The notes under the pieces were generated by a model. It had not been told where the DNA came from. It saw nothing but the letters and a program-made list of their open reading frames with translations, and searched no databases. Positions 39,111 through 50,945 of a stretch of DNA of 64,000 bases are shown here, piece after piece. How positions within the stretch are numbered: the stretch's first letter is position 1; each line of letters starts with the position of its first letter. The stretch is from Octopus vulgaris (Eukaryota), in the NCBI GenBank assembly GCA_951406725.2, contig OX597822.1, positions 108,624,001 through 108,688,000 of the forward strand, read 5' to 3'. The position numbers and the translations under genes are program-made.

Positions 39111-41509
39111 ATATATACATATATATATATATATATATTTTTTTTTTTATATAAATATATGAAATAATGGAGTTGAACAACGAATTAACAAAACTCCATT
39201 CTTTCCAAACGAAAGCACGTAACTTCAAACGTGTCTTCTCTGATGTGAATTTGCTACCCAGGTATCGGTTAACCGAAGTATCCATAACAAGATAATTCAT
39301 TCAACTACTATATATATATATATATATATACCTTTAATAATTATGTAAGTATCTTAACAAGCGTACCAAATCTCTTCAACTATTATGTAGTGATCCACAA
39401 CCGAATGTATTTTGAAGATTTTATTCCGGTAACATGAAGGAATATAAATATATTCATTTTGCGATACTGTTACTGCTTAATCAAATATGATATGGAAGTT
39501 GATCACAGTTTTCTGGATGCATAATAAAACACTCCTGTATTTCACGTACTATCTACAACTTGAACAGGACTTTAGCAGACATAATTCTTGTTTTCTGTCA
39601 GAAAAGGTGTTTAATACGTAAAACTAAATATTCTACTTTAAATATGTATTCTGATATTATCAGAGTACATGTATTTTCATGATATGCGCTCGAATTTCGG
39701 ATATTTATCAATTTCGGATGCATAAAATCTAATAAAGCAGTATCAGTGCCTGCGCAACTAGTGAAAGAAAATATTTTCTGAAAATTCCTTCGACGGTTTG
39801 TGTTTCTTATAGAAAAGCAAAGATACCCGTACTGATGAGCTCCGTTTGTTTCCCCGTTTAGAATAATGCATTATAAAGCACTGGTTATTCAAGTCAACAG
39901 GAAAATGCATCGGTCCAACTAATATGCAATTGATATGAACTTGTTATTATGAATTGGAAAAGGAAACATTTTCACTATACACATTCACTCCTACATCTAT
40001 TATATTTTGATAATGCTGGGTTGGATATGTTGGCTATATAACAGCATCTGCAACTACTAAATTGTAAAACTGCAATCCATCCTGCTTGACCACCATAATG
40101 GAAGTTACGTGCTCTGAGTATAAATAAAATCAATATTTCTTCGTAACATTTGGTGGATACTGTGAAGCATATAGTAAATTATCTTGAGTCTGATTGCATT
40201 CCTATTTAACGCATTAGTTTGAATTGGCTAGGACTTGAAATGGTTATATGCTTTGACCGTTGATAATATAAATGGAAGTCAGAAATCATGTTGAAAATAT
40301 GGAAGCTATAACTAATTACAAACTTCCAAATTTATAGTTTGCTAACTGCATTTATTATATTTGAATCACCATCGGGAATTGTTCGTCACAACTTTGAAGA
40401 GGAGTTAGAATATAATAGAAATGTGATTGAATAGAATATTACTTACTGTTGATGTCTTTCCAATTTTGGTGCTTAGAGACGGTTGATTTTGTTCCGAATT
40501 GCAAAGAACCTTGGAGATAAAGTGCAGTATGTTGACAGTTGCATCTTCGTGGAGCATTTCGTTTTCCTATCACTGCATCAGATAAAACTAAACAAGGAGG
40601 CACCGGATGATGGCAGGGTAGTATTAAAATTATATACCGTAATCTCATCGTTCCTCCTGTCTAATTACACCGGTTGCTTCTTAATTGTTGCGGTGGTGAA
40701 TTAATTTTTTTTTCAAATTAAATTTTAAAAGAAAGTATAAATTTCAATTGAGAATGAAATTAATATCATTACATTTCTCCTAGCTTAAATTTAAAGTATC
40801 GTTTTACAAGTTTCTCATTTCTTGATTTCATACACGCAAATGATAAAAAAGTCACAGAGAATTCTTTACAAAGATGGCTAATACAGAGAGTGATCTTGCA
40901 GCCAAATATCCGTTACACTGTTAAAATTATTAGGTTAAAATAAAGCTAACAGTTAGTAGCAATCAATATCCTTTTTATTATCTAATAATCATTTATTTTT
41001 CATAAAATCCGTTAAGATCGGTAATGGATACCATTTTCCCAACAAATAAATTTAATACATTCTAAAGCTGAGTTAAAGTGAGATTGCAAACTGGTTTGAA
41101 GAATATATCGAAATCTTAGATTTGGAATTTAGTATTCAGTTCAACATTTATTCTGGAAAGACAAAAAATACATTTTACAATATTTGAGAACTTTTATAAT
41201 TCTGTTTAGAATACTAAATCAGAAAATAATGAGAGGAGAAATAGATAACATATTTTTCATGAAATTTCTTCTCGCTATATCCATGGCTATATATGATTTA
41301 TATCACTCTCGCTACCTGTTTTTAGATTGGCATCCTAACACTTTGAAATATTGGTATTGGGGCTTCCGGCACGAATTCCAACCAACGAAACATGTCCTTT
41401 CCAAATTTCGGGAAAAGTCAATTGCATAATGGTGATGTTCTTCTCACAGATGGTGCTGAACTGCCTCCACTATAATATAATTTGGCTACAATTTACCCAT
41501 GCTCCCTGC

Positions 41510-41569
<60 letters not shown>

Positions 41570-41667
41570 TTGTGTGTGTGTGTCTGTGTGTGTGTGTGTG
41601 TCTGTGTATATATATGTATATATATATATATATGTGTGTGTGTATATATATATATGTATATATAAAT

Positions 41668-42165
41668 ATGGGAACGAGGTTTGCTCCCGTTTACGACAAC
41701 TCTTTAATGGGATACGTAGAACAACAACTCTACCTAGAGGTGGAGGTAAACTATGGCACTGGATTTAGAAAGTATATTGAAAAGGCATGGAAGAGATACC
41801 TTTACGATTGCTTCATAATCTGGACAGAATCTCTAAATACTCTGGAAGAGTTCAATATCCTCCTGAACAACCTACACACATCTCACCAATTTACAAAGGA
41901 GATGAGTAGTACCAAATTACCATTCCTAGATATAATGGTAATTAAAAAAGACACCACCATCACCACAGATATATACTATAAACACACAGACACACATCAA
42001 TACCTAAATGTTAAGTCATGCCATCCACCACATATAAAACGCAACATCCCATACTGCCTAGCCAGAAGAATTTGTACCATTATACAAGATGCAAATATCA
42101 GGAACAAACGCCTAACAGAACTGAGACATTGCCAAAACAAACCTACCAATCATTGCTCAAAGTAA
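41668..42165 (+). pseudogene. Penelope-like reverse transcriptase fragment
   Basis: RT core and thumb motifs as above. The N-terminal part of ORF 41482..42165 is microsatellite. Confidence 0.9.
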
Positions 42166-42196
42166 TGAATTAAAAGACATAATCACGGATCGAGCT

Positions 42197-42676
42197 ATGG
42201 TTCTTAGTAAAAGACAACCTAAAAACTTGAAAAAATTACTAACAAAGGCAAAATTTGACCTTAGCAACAAAGACCAAACATTCACTGTATCTAAATGCAA
42301 TGATAGCCGATGTGGCACATGCCAATTCATACATACCGGCCAATATATAAACACGAAAACCGGGAAAATATTCACAAACGCGAATATGAACAGCAAAAGC
42401 AGAAATTTAATTTACTGCATTAAATGCCCAAATTGTGAGGAAATATATGTAGGCCAGACGGGAAATGCACTATCAGAACGCTCACGTGTACACCGACAAC
42501 AGATTAGAGACCTAGAGGGCCGTCAGATACCTTTGAGTAACCACCTAGCAACATGTGGTCGGGAAATATATATAATATTTCCATTCTACAAATTACACAG
42601 CCCAAGTGAAATCGAGAGGAAAATCAGAGAAAATAATTTTATTGATAAATTCGAACCCAAGCTAAATAAGCGATAA
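42197..42676 (+). pseudogene. GIY-YIG endonuclease part of the Penelope-like element (frame still open)
   Basis: NLIY-CxxCxxC-IYVGQT...R...H...E...LN motifs in an uninterrupted 159-aa frame. Confidence 0.9.
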
Positions 42677-43075
42677 TAATAATACTTAGATACCAGGAAC
42701 ATTATCTTATTCAGGGTTAAAAGTTCTATTGCCACCACCATCACCACTAGCAACAATAATTAAGGTGCTAACAATGATGATGATGACAATTGAAATATAA
42801 AAATATAAAAATCTCTGACAAAGGCTATTTACAACATTTCAAAAAATAGCCCAACAATTGCTGCCTCGGCCAGATACAGGACTCTTGGCATGTTCAACAA
42901 AGCGTGACGCCTAAACCAATCAGCTTAAGTAATTGAGTGATACTACACACTGGTTGGTCAGAATACAGTTTGCAAAACCTAGCAATCTGGAGCCCACACA
43001 GCTGTATTTAAGGCATAGATTTAATCATCTCGCTACAGTCAAAAATTGTGAAGCATGACTGTCACCATTACTACA

Positions 43076-43120
43076 TGGACCTGAAGATTGCAGAATTTAA
43101 TGCATGAAAGTACTAGTTCA
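43076..43120 (+). ncRNA. Minimal type I hammerhead ribozyme in the Penelope-like 3' region
   Basis: UGGAC-CUGAAGA-UUGCA-gaauuuaa-UGCAU-GAAA-GUAC-UA-GUUCA. 5-bp stem I, 4-bp stem II under a U.U pair, palindromic AGUACU stem III, CUA site. Expected position and strand for a PLE hammerhead. Confidence 0.8.
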
Positions 43121-43247
43121 AACAGAATGAACATTTAACATTCTACTATTCTACTATTTTATTTTATTCTATTATTTTATCTTATATTATATCATAAGAT
43201 TGTAAATAAAAGGTGAAAATCAGACAAGGTCGGAATTCCTTTTATTA

Positions 43248-43471
<224 letters not shown>

Positions 43472-44323
43472 CTACTCAAAGGAAAACATTCCTTCAGAAT
43501 GCAAGCTTCTAGGTAGGAATCATTCATCTGAACACTCTGCAGAAGACGGAAATAACACACACCAAAAAATACAGTCTAGTATGAGCTATAGATATTTTGT
43601 ATGGTATGCAGGTGACTTATGTAAATGTTTGTGAATAAGTCTAAGTAAGATAGATACAAATGATTAAGCGGAGTGGTTATGAGGAAATAGCAATAATGAA
43701 TAAATATCCGTTATATTTATGCAGCATTGTTTGCGTTCTTCTTTTGTATAAGTTTGTATATCCTGCTTGTAGTTTATAGTCACTGAAAGGATATAATATT
43801 AAACAAATTTCTACCGTTTCTTAACGAAATTAACGAAAGTATCTACAGGCTGCTTTTATCTGGAATCGAAACCCATTCTTAGATAGATATTAACTACTAC
43901 TCCTACTATTTGATCTAGAGCAAGTCCAGTGGCCCACATGCTAAATGATAGCGTCGATAATTCATTAACTTTACGCTTAGCAGTTATAAGGATATGCTTT
44001 CAGTACCAACGCCCCCATATTTCCAAATGTTTCGCTTCATAATTCACAAAAGAACTGGCTTTTAATCTGTATGTATTGCTTTATCCTGTCACAGCCGCTT
44101 GTCTCAGTGTATTCAGTGAATAACTTAGTGTAAAAACAGAAAATATAGATGACTGCTTCTCTAATGCAGGAAGGTGAGGTATATTGCAAAATAATTCAAT
44201 ATGTTAACTATTTCTAAGTCATTTTTAGTCATTTACGTCAGGTCATATAGCATCTGTAATTGCAATATATTGTACGTATATTAATCTGAATGTGGTTTCT
44301 CGCTATTTAGAAAGATAGGCATG

Positions 44324-44337
44324 CACTGCTGCTGCTG

Positions 44338-44422
<85 letters not shown>

Positions 44423-44631
44423 AGCCACTACTACAACTACTACTACTACTACTATTGCTACCACCACTACTACTACTACTACAGCTACTGCTACTACTAC
44501 TACTACTGCTACTACTACTACTACTACTACTATTAATACTACTACTACTACTATTACTACTACTACTACTATTACTGCTGCTACTACTACTACTACTACT
44601 ACTACTATTACTACTACTACTATTACTGCTG

Positions 44632-44662
<31 letters not shown>

Positions 44663-44663
44663 A

Positions 44664-44694
<31 letters not shown>

Positions 44695-44695
44695 T
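44324..44695. repeat. Compound (TAC)n microsatellite with TGC/CAC variants
   Basis: Directly visible; source of the poly-V/S/Y/L ORFs. Confidence 0.98.
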
Positions 44696-44700
44696 ATACA

Positions 44701-45077
44701 TATAAACCTGGTTTAGTAGTAGTAGATACAGACAATAGAAAATGCCTGATAATTGACGTTACAGTCCCAAATGGTGAGAAAATGAATATCAGAGATATAT
44801 AGAAAATAATTAAAAAAACAGACACTAGCCATTGGATTACAGATACTTTGGAAAGTGCCGGTAAAATGTATCCCTGTTATTATAGGTACGCTAGGAACGA
44901 TTCCTAAAGATTTGAACTGATGGATCGAGGAAATAGGCATAAAACCCAGTTTAGTACAGTTCCAGAAAAACGGTGTGATTAGGGACACCTAGGATACTTA
45001 GGAGAGATCTTGGTATCGAAGATTTACTTGCTTTATCCCGATGCTAGAATATTTTCCTGCAGTCTAATGTGTTGCGG

Positions 45078-45082
<5 letters not shown>
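44701..45082 (+). mobile_element. R4/Dong-clade retrotransposon 3' end (restriction-like endonuclease) running into (TAA)n
   Basis: KPGLVVVDTDNRKCLIIDVTVP...K..K..LAIGLQILWKVPVKCIPVIIGTLGTIPK.L..WIEEIG....VQFQK...LGTPRILRR, matching the RPD...IDV.VP...EK..KY / PVIIGALG pattern. Short 3' UTR then (TAA)n. Confidence 0.85.
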
Positions 45083-45142
<60 letters not shown>

Positions 45143-45282
45143 TAATAATTATAATAATAATAATAATAAGTAATGATGATGAGGATTGTGGTGGTTGTAG
45201 TGGTTGTGGTGGTGGTGATGGTGGTGGTGGTGGTGGTGGTGGTGGTGGCGATGGTGATGATGATGATGATGATGAGGAAGAT
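45083..45282. repeat. Compound (TAA)n-(TGG)n-(TGA)n microsatellite
   Basis: Directly visible. Confidence 0.97.
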
Positions 45283-46100
45283 GATATTGGTTAAGCAATT
45301 TAATGAAATACTAGCAATGCCAGAAACAATGCTCGGATGGCTCACAGTAGGGAAAAACTATCCAAAGTCCCAAATAACCGGGAACGGAAAATCCACAAAA
45401 TTACAGACCGATTACTTGTCTCCCTACAATTTACAAAGTCTTTACTGCAATTATATCGCAGAGAATGTGCAAGCATCTGAAAGAAAACAACCTGTTTCCA
45501 GAAGAGGAGTACGGATGCTGCAATGGGTCACAGGGCTTTAATGATGAGTTACTGATGAGTTACGTCATAACTGAAGACGGCCGAAGACAGAAGAAGAGAA
45601 TCAGTATGTTGTAGATCGAATACCGAAAAGTTTTTGATAGCACTCCCACACATGGATTCTAGAAACACTAACCATGAACAAGGTAGCACCAATAATCATA
45701 AAATACATAAAATGTACCATGAATAAATGGCAAACAATGCTTCATCTCCAAATAAAAGGGGGACACATTAAAACCAAAGCTATCCCCATCAGAAGAGGAA
45801 TATTTCAGGGACACACACTCTTTCCACACCTTTTCTGTTTCTCACTGACAACTTTATCTAGCATGCTAAGCAGAACTAGATTTGAATGTAACTGTTACGG
45901 CAAAACGATGAACCATCAGTTGTATATGGATGATAAAAAACTGTACGCTACAAATGATAAACAGTTGGAAACATTAGTACAGACAGTACATGGATATACC
46001 AATGAAATAAACATGAAATTTGGCATCGGAAAATGTGCCAAAGCAACTTTGAAATGAGGAAAATTATTTAAGAGTAGCAACATCCAAGAAGACATAATGA
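45283..46100 (+). mobile_element. R4/Dong-clade RT fragment
   Basis: GWLTVGK, NYRPITCLPTIYKVFT, YRKVFDS, RRGIFQGHTLFPHLFC, NHQLYMDDKKLYA, MKFGIGKCAK; frameshifted. Confidence 0.88.
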
Positions 46101-46129
46101 TAAATACAGAAATGATAACAAAGCAGTTT

Positions 46130-46470
46130 AAAAGTAACCAAATTGGAAGGTTATTGGATGAGGAAGCTAAGAGGGTGCCATAAAAGGATAGCGCAAGAGC
46201 TAGACGAGTGCTTGTAGAAATGCGCAGAACAATGTTGGATGAGGAAGGGCAAGACATTGTTGTGTGCCAAGGATCCCGAAAAGGGAAATGTTGCATCCAG
46301 CTTTAGAGCAATAACGTTCCTTCCGATAATGTGAAAACTAATGTCAGATGTTGTTGGCTGGAGAAATGTATAGATACCTGGAGAGCAGTGGGTTGATACC
46401 TATTGAACAGAAAGCTTGCCGAAAGAGGAGCCGAGGAACAAAGTGTTAACTCTTAGATAATAATCTAATT
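46130..46470 (+). mobile_element. Second, distinct R4/Dong-clade RT N-terminal fragment
   Basis: LDECL...WMRKGKTLLCAKDPEKGNVASSFRAITFLPIM*KL...MYRYLESSGLIPIEQKACRKRSRGTK covers the same RT region as 45.3-45.55 kb but with a different sequence. Confidence 0.78.
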
Positions 46471-48017
46471 ATCAGGAACTGCAAGCGAAGACACACAAAC
46501 CTGAAAATATCCATGAGTTTACTATCGGAAAGCATACGATATGATACCATACATATTATATCTGGTAAAGTTCAAAACAAGAAATGTTTTACTTAAAATA
46601 TTGCAGCTAAGGATAAAATTTGAATATCAAATGCTATTTAATAGTAATTTACCGAGTAACATTACAATGAAAAAATGTAGCATCATTTTGTTGAAATATC
46701 GACACACAAGAACACTTAGAAAATGAAAGCCAGAAGTACCAATATAGCTGAAGTCTTATGCAAAGCAGAATAGTATATATTGTAGGTAAATTCATTATGT
46801 AGAAAATAGGCAGTGGTTCAAGACTAAAAATTTGAAAACTTGGCAATAACTCAAGCAAATTTTACTGTGTATTTGTTGATATAAGTAGATTTTACAGTAA
46901 TATATATAATTAATTTTTATATTATTCTATTTACTGTACTAATTATTTACTATAATTTTTATAACCTATTTTCAAATTTCTAATTATCAATTCTTTTAAA
47001 GTGCAAAAATATTTAAAGTTATTTTTTAAAATTTTTGATAGAAGTAACAAGTAATAGCAAATAGAAGTAATAACTTATTTTAAGTATAATTGTCTTCTTC
47101 TGTACTTTACCAGATGAAATAAATTCTCCCTAACTTTTCCAAGTGTAATAACTTGTCCAGTAATGTTCCCGGTTTCATAATGTTAAGAACATTATTTTTC
47201 TTGCTCGCAATTTCCATATAATGTATGTATTAAAGAAAGCAAAAAAATTAAAACAAAAATGATAGTGTTCAATATATTATCGACAGAAATTTCTGCCAAA
47301 GAAACATCGTTAAATAAACTTGTACATCATCTCGCTCTTTCTCCCACATACCCACTCTTTCTTTCTCTCTCTTTCATTATTACTCCCATTGCCACGATCA
47401 ACACTACTATTTTTAATAAAACATCAACTCTCCCTAAATCTCTTAGTCTCTCTCTCCATATCATTTGCTTTCTCTCTCTCTCTCTCTTTGTCTTTGCCAC
47501 CACCCTGACCATCTCTGTGACTCCTATTACTCTCACTCCATTATGATAAATAGTAGGAGTGTCGTCGAAAAGTAAGAGAGGGGGTCTAAGTGTGACATAC
47601 TGATAAACAGAAATTGGCTTTCGTATTTATTATGTTATATTATGTCACGTTATTTTATATAGCATTATATCATATTATATTATATTATATATATATGTAT
47701 ATTTACCCTTTTTACAAATTAACACGTGTATCATAAATATTCTGGAAGCCTCTAGCACGAAAATGTTATCTGGAATTATAATTTATCATGTCATTAATCT
47801 ATGCATTTCAGTTCAGTTGCAAGCTCTCACATTTATGCGTCTGAGATGTTAAGTCCATTTACGTGATGTTATTTCCCTTTTGATGTGTCTCCTGTTAAAA
47901 CATGCTGAATTGCGTGGTAGGATTTCTACAGCCATTGCATATTGTATATTACATCAATCTAGAAAAATTACTATTTTTAAATCTCACAAGGAGTGATATT
48001 CAGCAACAGTATTTTGG

Positions 48018-48519
48018 AGTAAATATTTTTTCCAGCATAACATAGCAGTCCTGGTTTAGGATGAATGTTGCTGTAACTTAACCCCAGGACACATCGTCTC
48101 CAGCTGGCTATACGATACGATCTGTGTCCTTTATATTTTCGAACAAGAGAATCTAGCACCCCGCACTCAGCTCAAAACGATATCTGTGTTTGCGCATCTT
48201 CGGGGCACCAGAATTAAATTACAACTATATCATCTTTAGTTTCTCCTTATACCGGAAGAGTGCGTTTAGTATTTCTCTGACAGAGACGAACAAAGAAATA
48301 CAAAGAGAAACAAATGAGAAAAACAACAGCAACCAACCGAAAATAGTGATACACAGATATTGTATTGAGCTGAGTTGGGGTGCCTGATTCCTTTGTTCGA
48401 AAATATAAGGACACAGACCGTGTCGTATAGCCAGCTGGAAACGATGTCTCCTGGCGCTAAATTACAGCAACATTCGTCCTAAACTGTTACTGTCATGTTA
48501 AGTTGGTAAAAATATTTAC
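48018..48519. repeat. Diverged inverted repeat (~170-bp arms, ~160-bp spacer); spacer partly duplicated at 48782-48878
   Basis: 48018-48189 pairs with 48351-48519 (e.g. CCAGCTGGCTATACGA / TCGTATAGCCAGCTGG). TTTAGTATTTCTCTGACAG.GACGAACA.AGAAATACAAAGAGAAA recurs near 48265 and 48825. Confidence 0.88.
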
Positions 48520-49220
48520 TACATTCACCCTAGTTGGGACACATAAAATTAATTGGTGAAATAGTCATCAAGGAAGTTTTATTTGCCCAGATATTATGCA
48601 TGTAATTAAGTCATATTCTCAATATTTAAGGTTAACGTAAGACTGAATGTCGTATATCTTACTCATTTATACTGCCATTATCAGCTGTAAATTGCTGAAT
48701 CGCTTATACGCAGTATTGTATTGATTATTATTCAACAATAGCTATAGGTATTCGTATACTCGGGTAACCAGTATTAAAGCGCAGCTATATCATCTTCAAT
48801 TTCTCATTAAACCGAAATACTACTTTTAGTATTTCTCTGACAGGGACGAACACAGAAATACAAAGAGAAAAACAACAGAAATAAAATCAGAGAAATAAAA
48901 TGTTGAGAATCAAGAAGCTACATATTCATTCAGTCTTTAATCACAGACAACTGCAATTTAGAAAGAAAAAATTAAACATAAGAATCCCATAAAAGGATAG
49001 CCTTTAACAATTACCCTTGTCTTGAGTCTATTACCGTTCCACTTCAAAGAAAAACCGGTGACATGCACTCTTCTTTATCCCTGCAGGACACTAACATCTG
49101 TCATAGTAGAGACTTAATTTTAGTATTTTAGACATGTAGTACCATTAATACTGTCTTTATAATGTTGTTTTCCAAGTTACTAAGAGTGGCTATGAAACTA
49201 ACGAATATAGTTGTGCACAC

Positions 49221-49267
<47 letters not shown>

Positions 49268-49271
49268 CGTA

Positions 49272-49530
49272 TTTATTTCTCTACAGTCCACAGGGGTCTA
49301 AACATAGAGGGGACGAACAAGGACAGACAAAGGGATTAAGTCGGTTACATCGACCCCAGTGCGTAACTGGTACTTATCAAATTGACCCCTAATGGATGAA
49401 AGGCAAAGTCGACCTGGGTGGAATTTGAACTCAGAACGTAACGGCAGACGAAATACCGCTAGGCATTTCGCCCGCCGTGCTAACGATTCTGCCAGCTCAC
49501 CGTCACTACTAATCAGCCAACTCGCCGCCA
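49272..49530 (-). mobile_element. SINE family B with duplicated 5' head
   Basis: Reverse complement of family B. Minus strand starts GGCGGCGAGTTGGCTGATTAG...GACGGTGAGCTGGCAGAATCG. Confidence 0.88.
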
Positions 49531-49899
49531 TTATAATACATATTTATCATACATTATAATACATATTTATCATACATTATACATATTTATCAAACACTAA
49601 TACACATGCATGTTTACATAATACATTTATCTAACCAAACATACACTCACAATTTTCATTCTCTTCAATTCAATACTATTCAAACTGGTGGCGCAGATAG
49701 AAATTGGGTTTATTAAAAAAAAGGGAATGTGCTCGAGCATAGGTAAATAACTCAGTATTCAATATTATAAAACAGATTACATATTAAATTAGAGATACTT
49801 ATGGTCATAGTGCCTTGTGGTATTAATGCCGCTTCTTTTGTCGCTATTAATTATATTTGAAATATACATACATACATACATTTGACCATTCAAAGAAAA

Positions 49900-50945
49900 C
49901 TTGAAGTGTGATTAATAGCGAATTCTCTTGAACATGGAAGAAAATGGGATGAAGTACCTGCAGAAAATGCGTTTAGCTCCGATGATATTCATGCTAATAT
50001 GATTGATTCATTAGAGGATGATGCTTCAGCTTTATCAGCAACACAAAGAGGAAGTTGGATGAAAGTCTTGAAGTTGATCCAAGTGGAAAACATTGATCTT
50101 GTTCACCTTTTGCAGATGGACAACATGCGATTGACTATAAATCCAGTAGCCACTGCTGTTAGCATATCCCATGAGAGAGTAGAGAATATTCTGCACAATC
50201 AACTTGGCATAACGGCGAATCCTTTTCGGTGGCTGCCACGTCTTCTGATATCTGATCGAACGCACACAAGACTGAAATGTGAAATTGTTTGAAGTAGATT
50301 AAGCTGGTTTACATCAGCGTTTTCTAATCCAAGACGAGCATTGGTTTCATCACCTTGAGTCAGAGACAAAATGAGGATCCATGCAGGAGGAACACCTCTC
50401 GTCACCTGCTCAGGAAGATGATAACCTCAGTTTTCGAGGATGCAAAAAAGCTTTCTGTTTCATGTCAATTTCCAGAACGGCATCACCATCGATGAAGCGT
50501 ACTAAGCCGATTTCCTGAGGTAGTTACGAAAGTCTATGAAGAAGAAAGCGCCAGGAAAAGTGACAAAAAATATCTTGTTTCATCAGACCAGTGTTTCAGT
50601 ACACACATCTTTCGTTTCATTGGCTGTTGCGCGTGACAGTGGTCTTGAGCTAGTGGTTCACCCTACCTATTCTCTTGATTTGGATCCATTTGACTATCAT
50701 CTGTCCCCCAACATGAAGGAAAAAATGCACGTTTCTGCGAACCCCTAACACAGTGATGATGACGTCTTACCTGGTGTTCATGACTGTCTTTTTACTTACA
50801 TGCTGAAGGCCTCTTCCTGAATGGGATACGGGCACAGCCAGTCTGATTGAAGATGTGTATGTATCACAAGGGGCTTATTGCCGAGAAACAACCCCTCACA
50901 TGAGAGTATTTTGATCAGCCTATAAAGGTGTCAGCCGATCTAGAT
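49900..50945 (+). mobile_element. Decayed mariner transposon
   Basis: RLTINPVATAVSISHERVENILHNQLG...RWLPRLL (WVPxxL) and LFHQ...HTS...ELVVHPTYSLDLDPFDYHL (HPPYSPDLAPSDY). Multiple stops and deletions. Confidence 0.85.

Larger units (their letters stand above)
41668..43190 (+). mobile_element. 5'-truncated Penelope-like element, Neptune-type (RT, Cys-rich linker, GIY-YIG, 3' pLTR-like region)
   Basis: MGTRFAP.Y...MG, WKRYLYDCFIIW (catalytic YxDD damaged), LPFLD, YYKHTDTHQYL...SCHP.H.K.NIPY..ARR. Then RQPKNLKKLL, CNDSRCGTC, NLIYCIKC..C..IYVGQT, H, RE..FI..F...LN. Begins directly after a (TA)/(TG) tract; the two ORF parts are broken around 42130-42190. Confidence 0.93.

Noticed and set aside
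39825-39870. CTGATGAG here, and minus-strand CUGAAGA at ~2315 and ~34740
   Set aside because: No correctly placed stem II plus GAAA; expected by chance.
49530-49600. ~23-bp unit repeated 2-3 times
   Set aside because: Simple local tandem duplication without spacers; not CRISPR-like.
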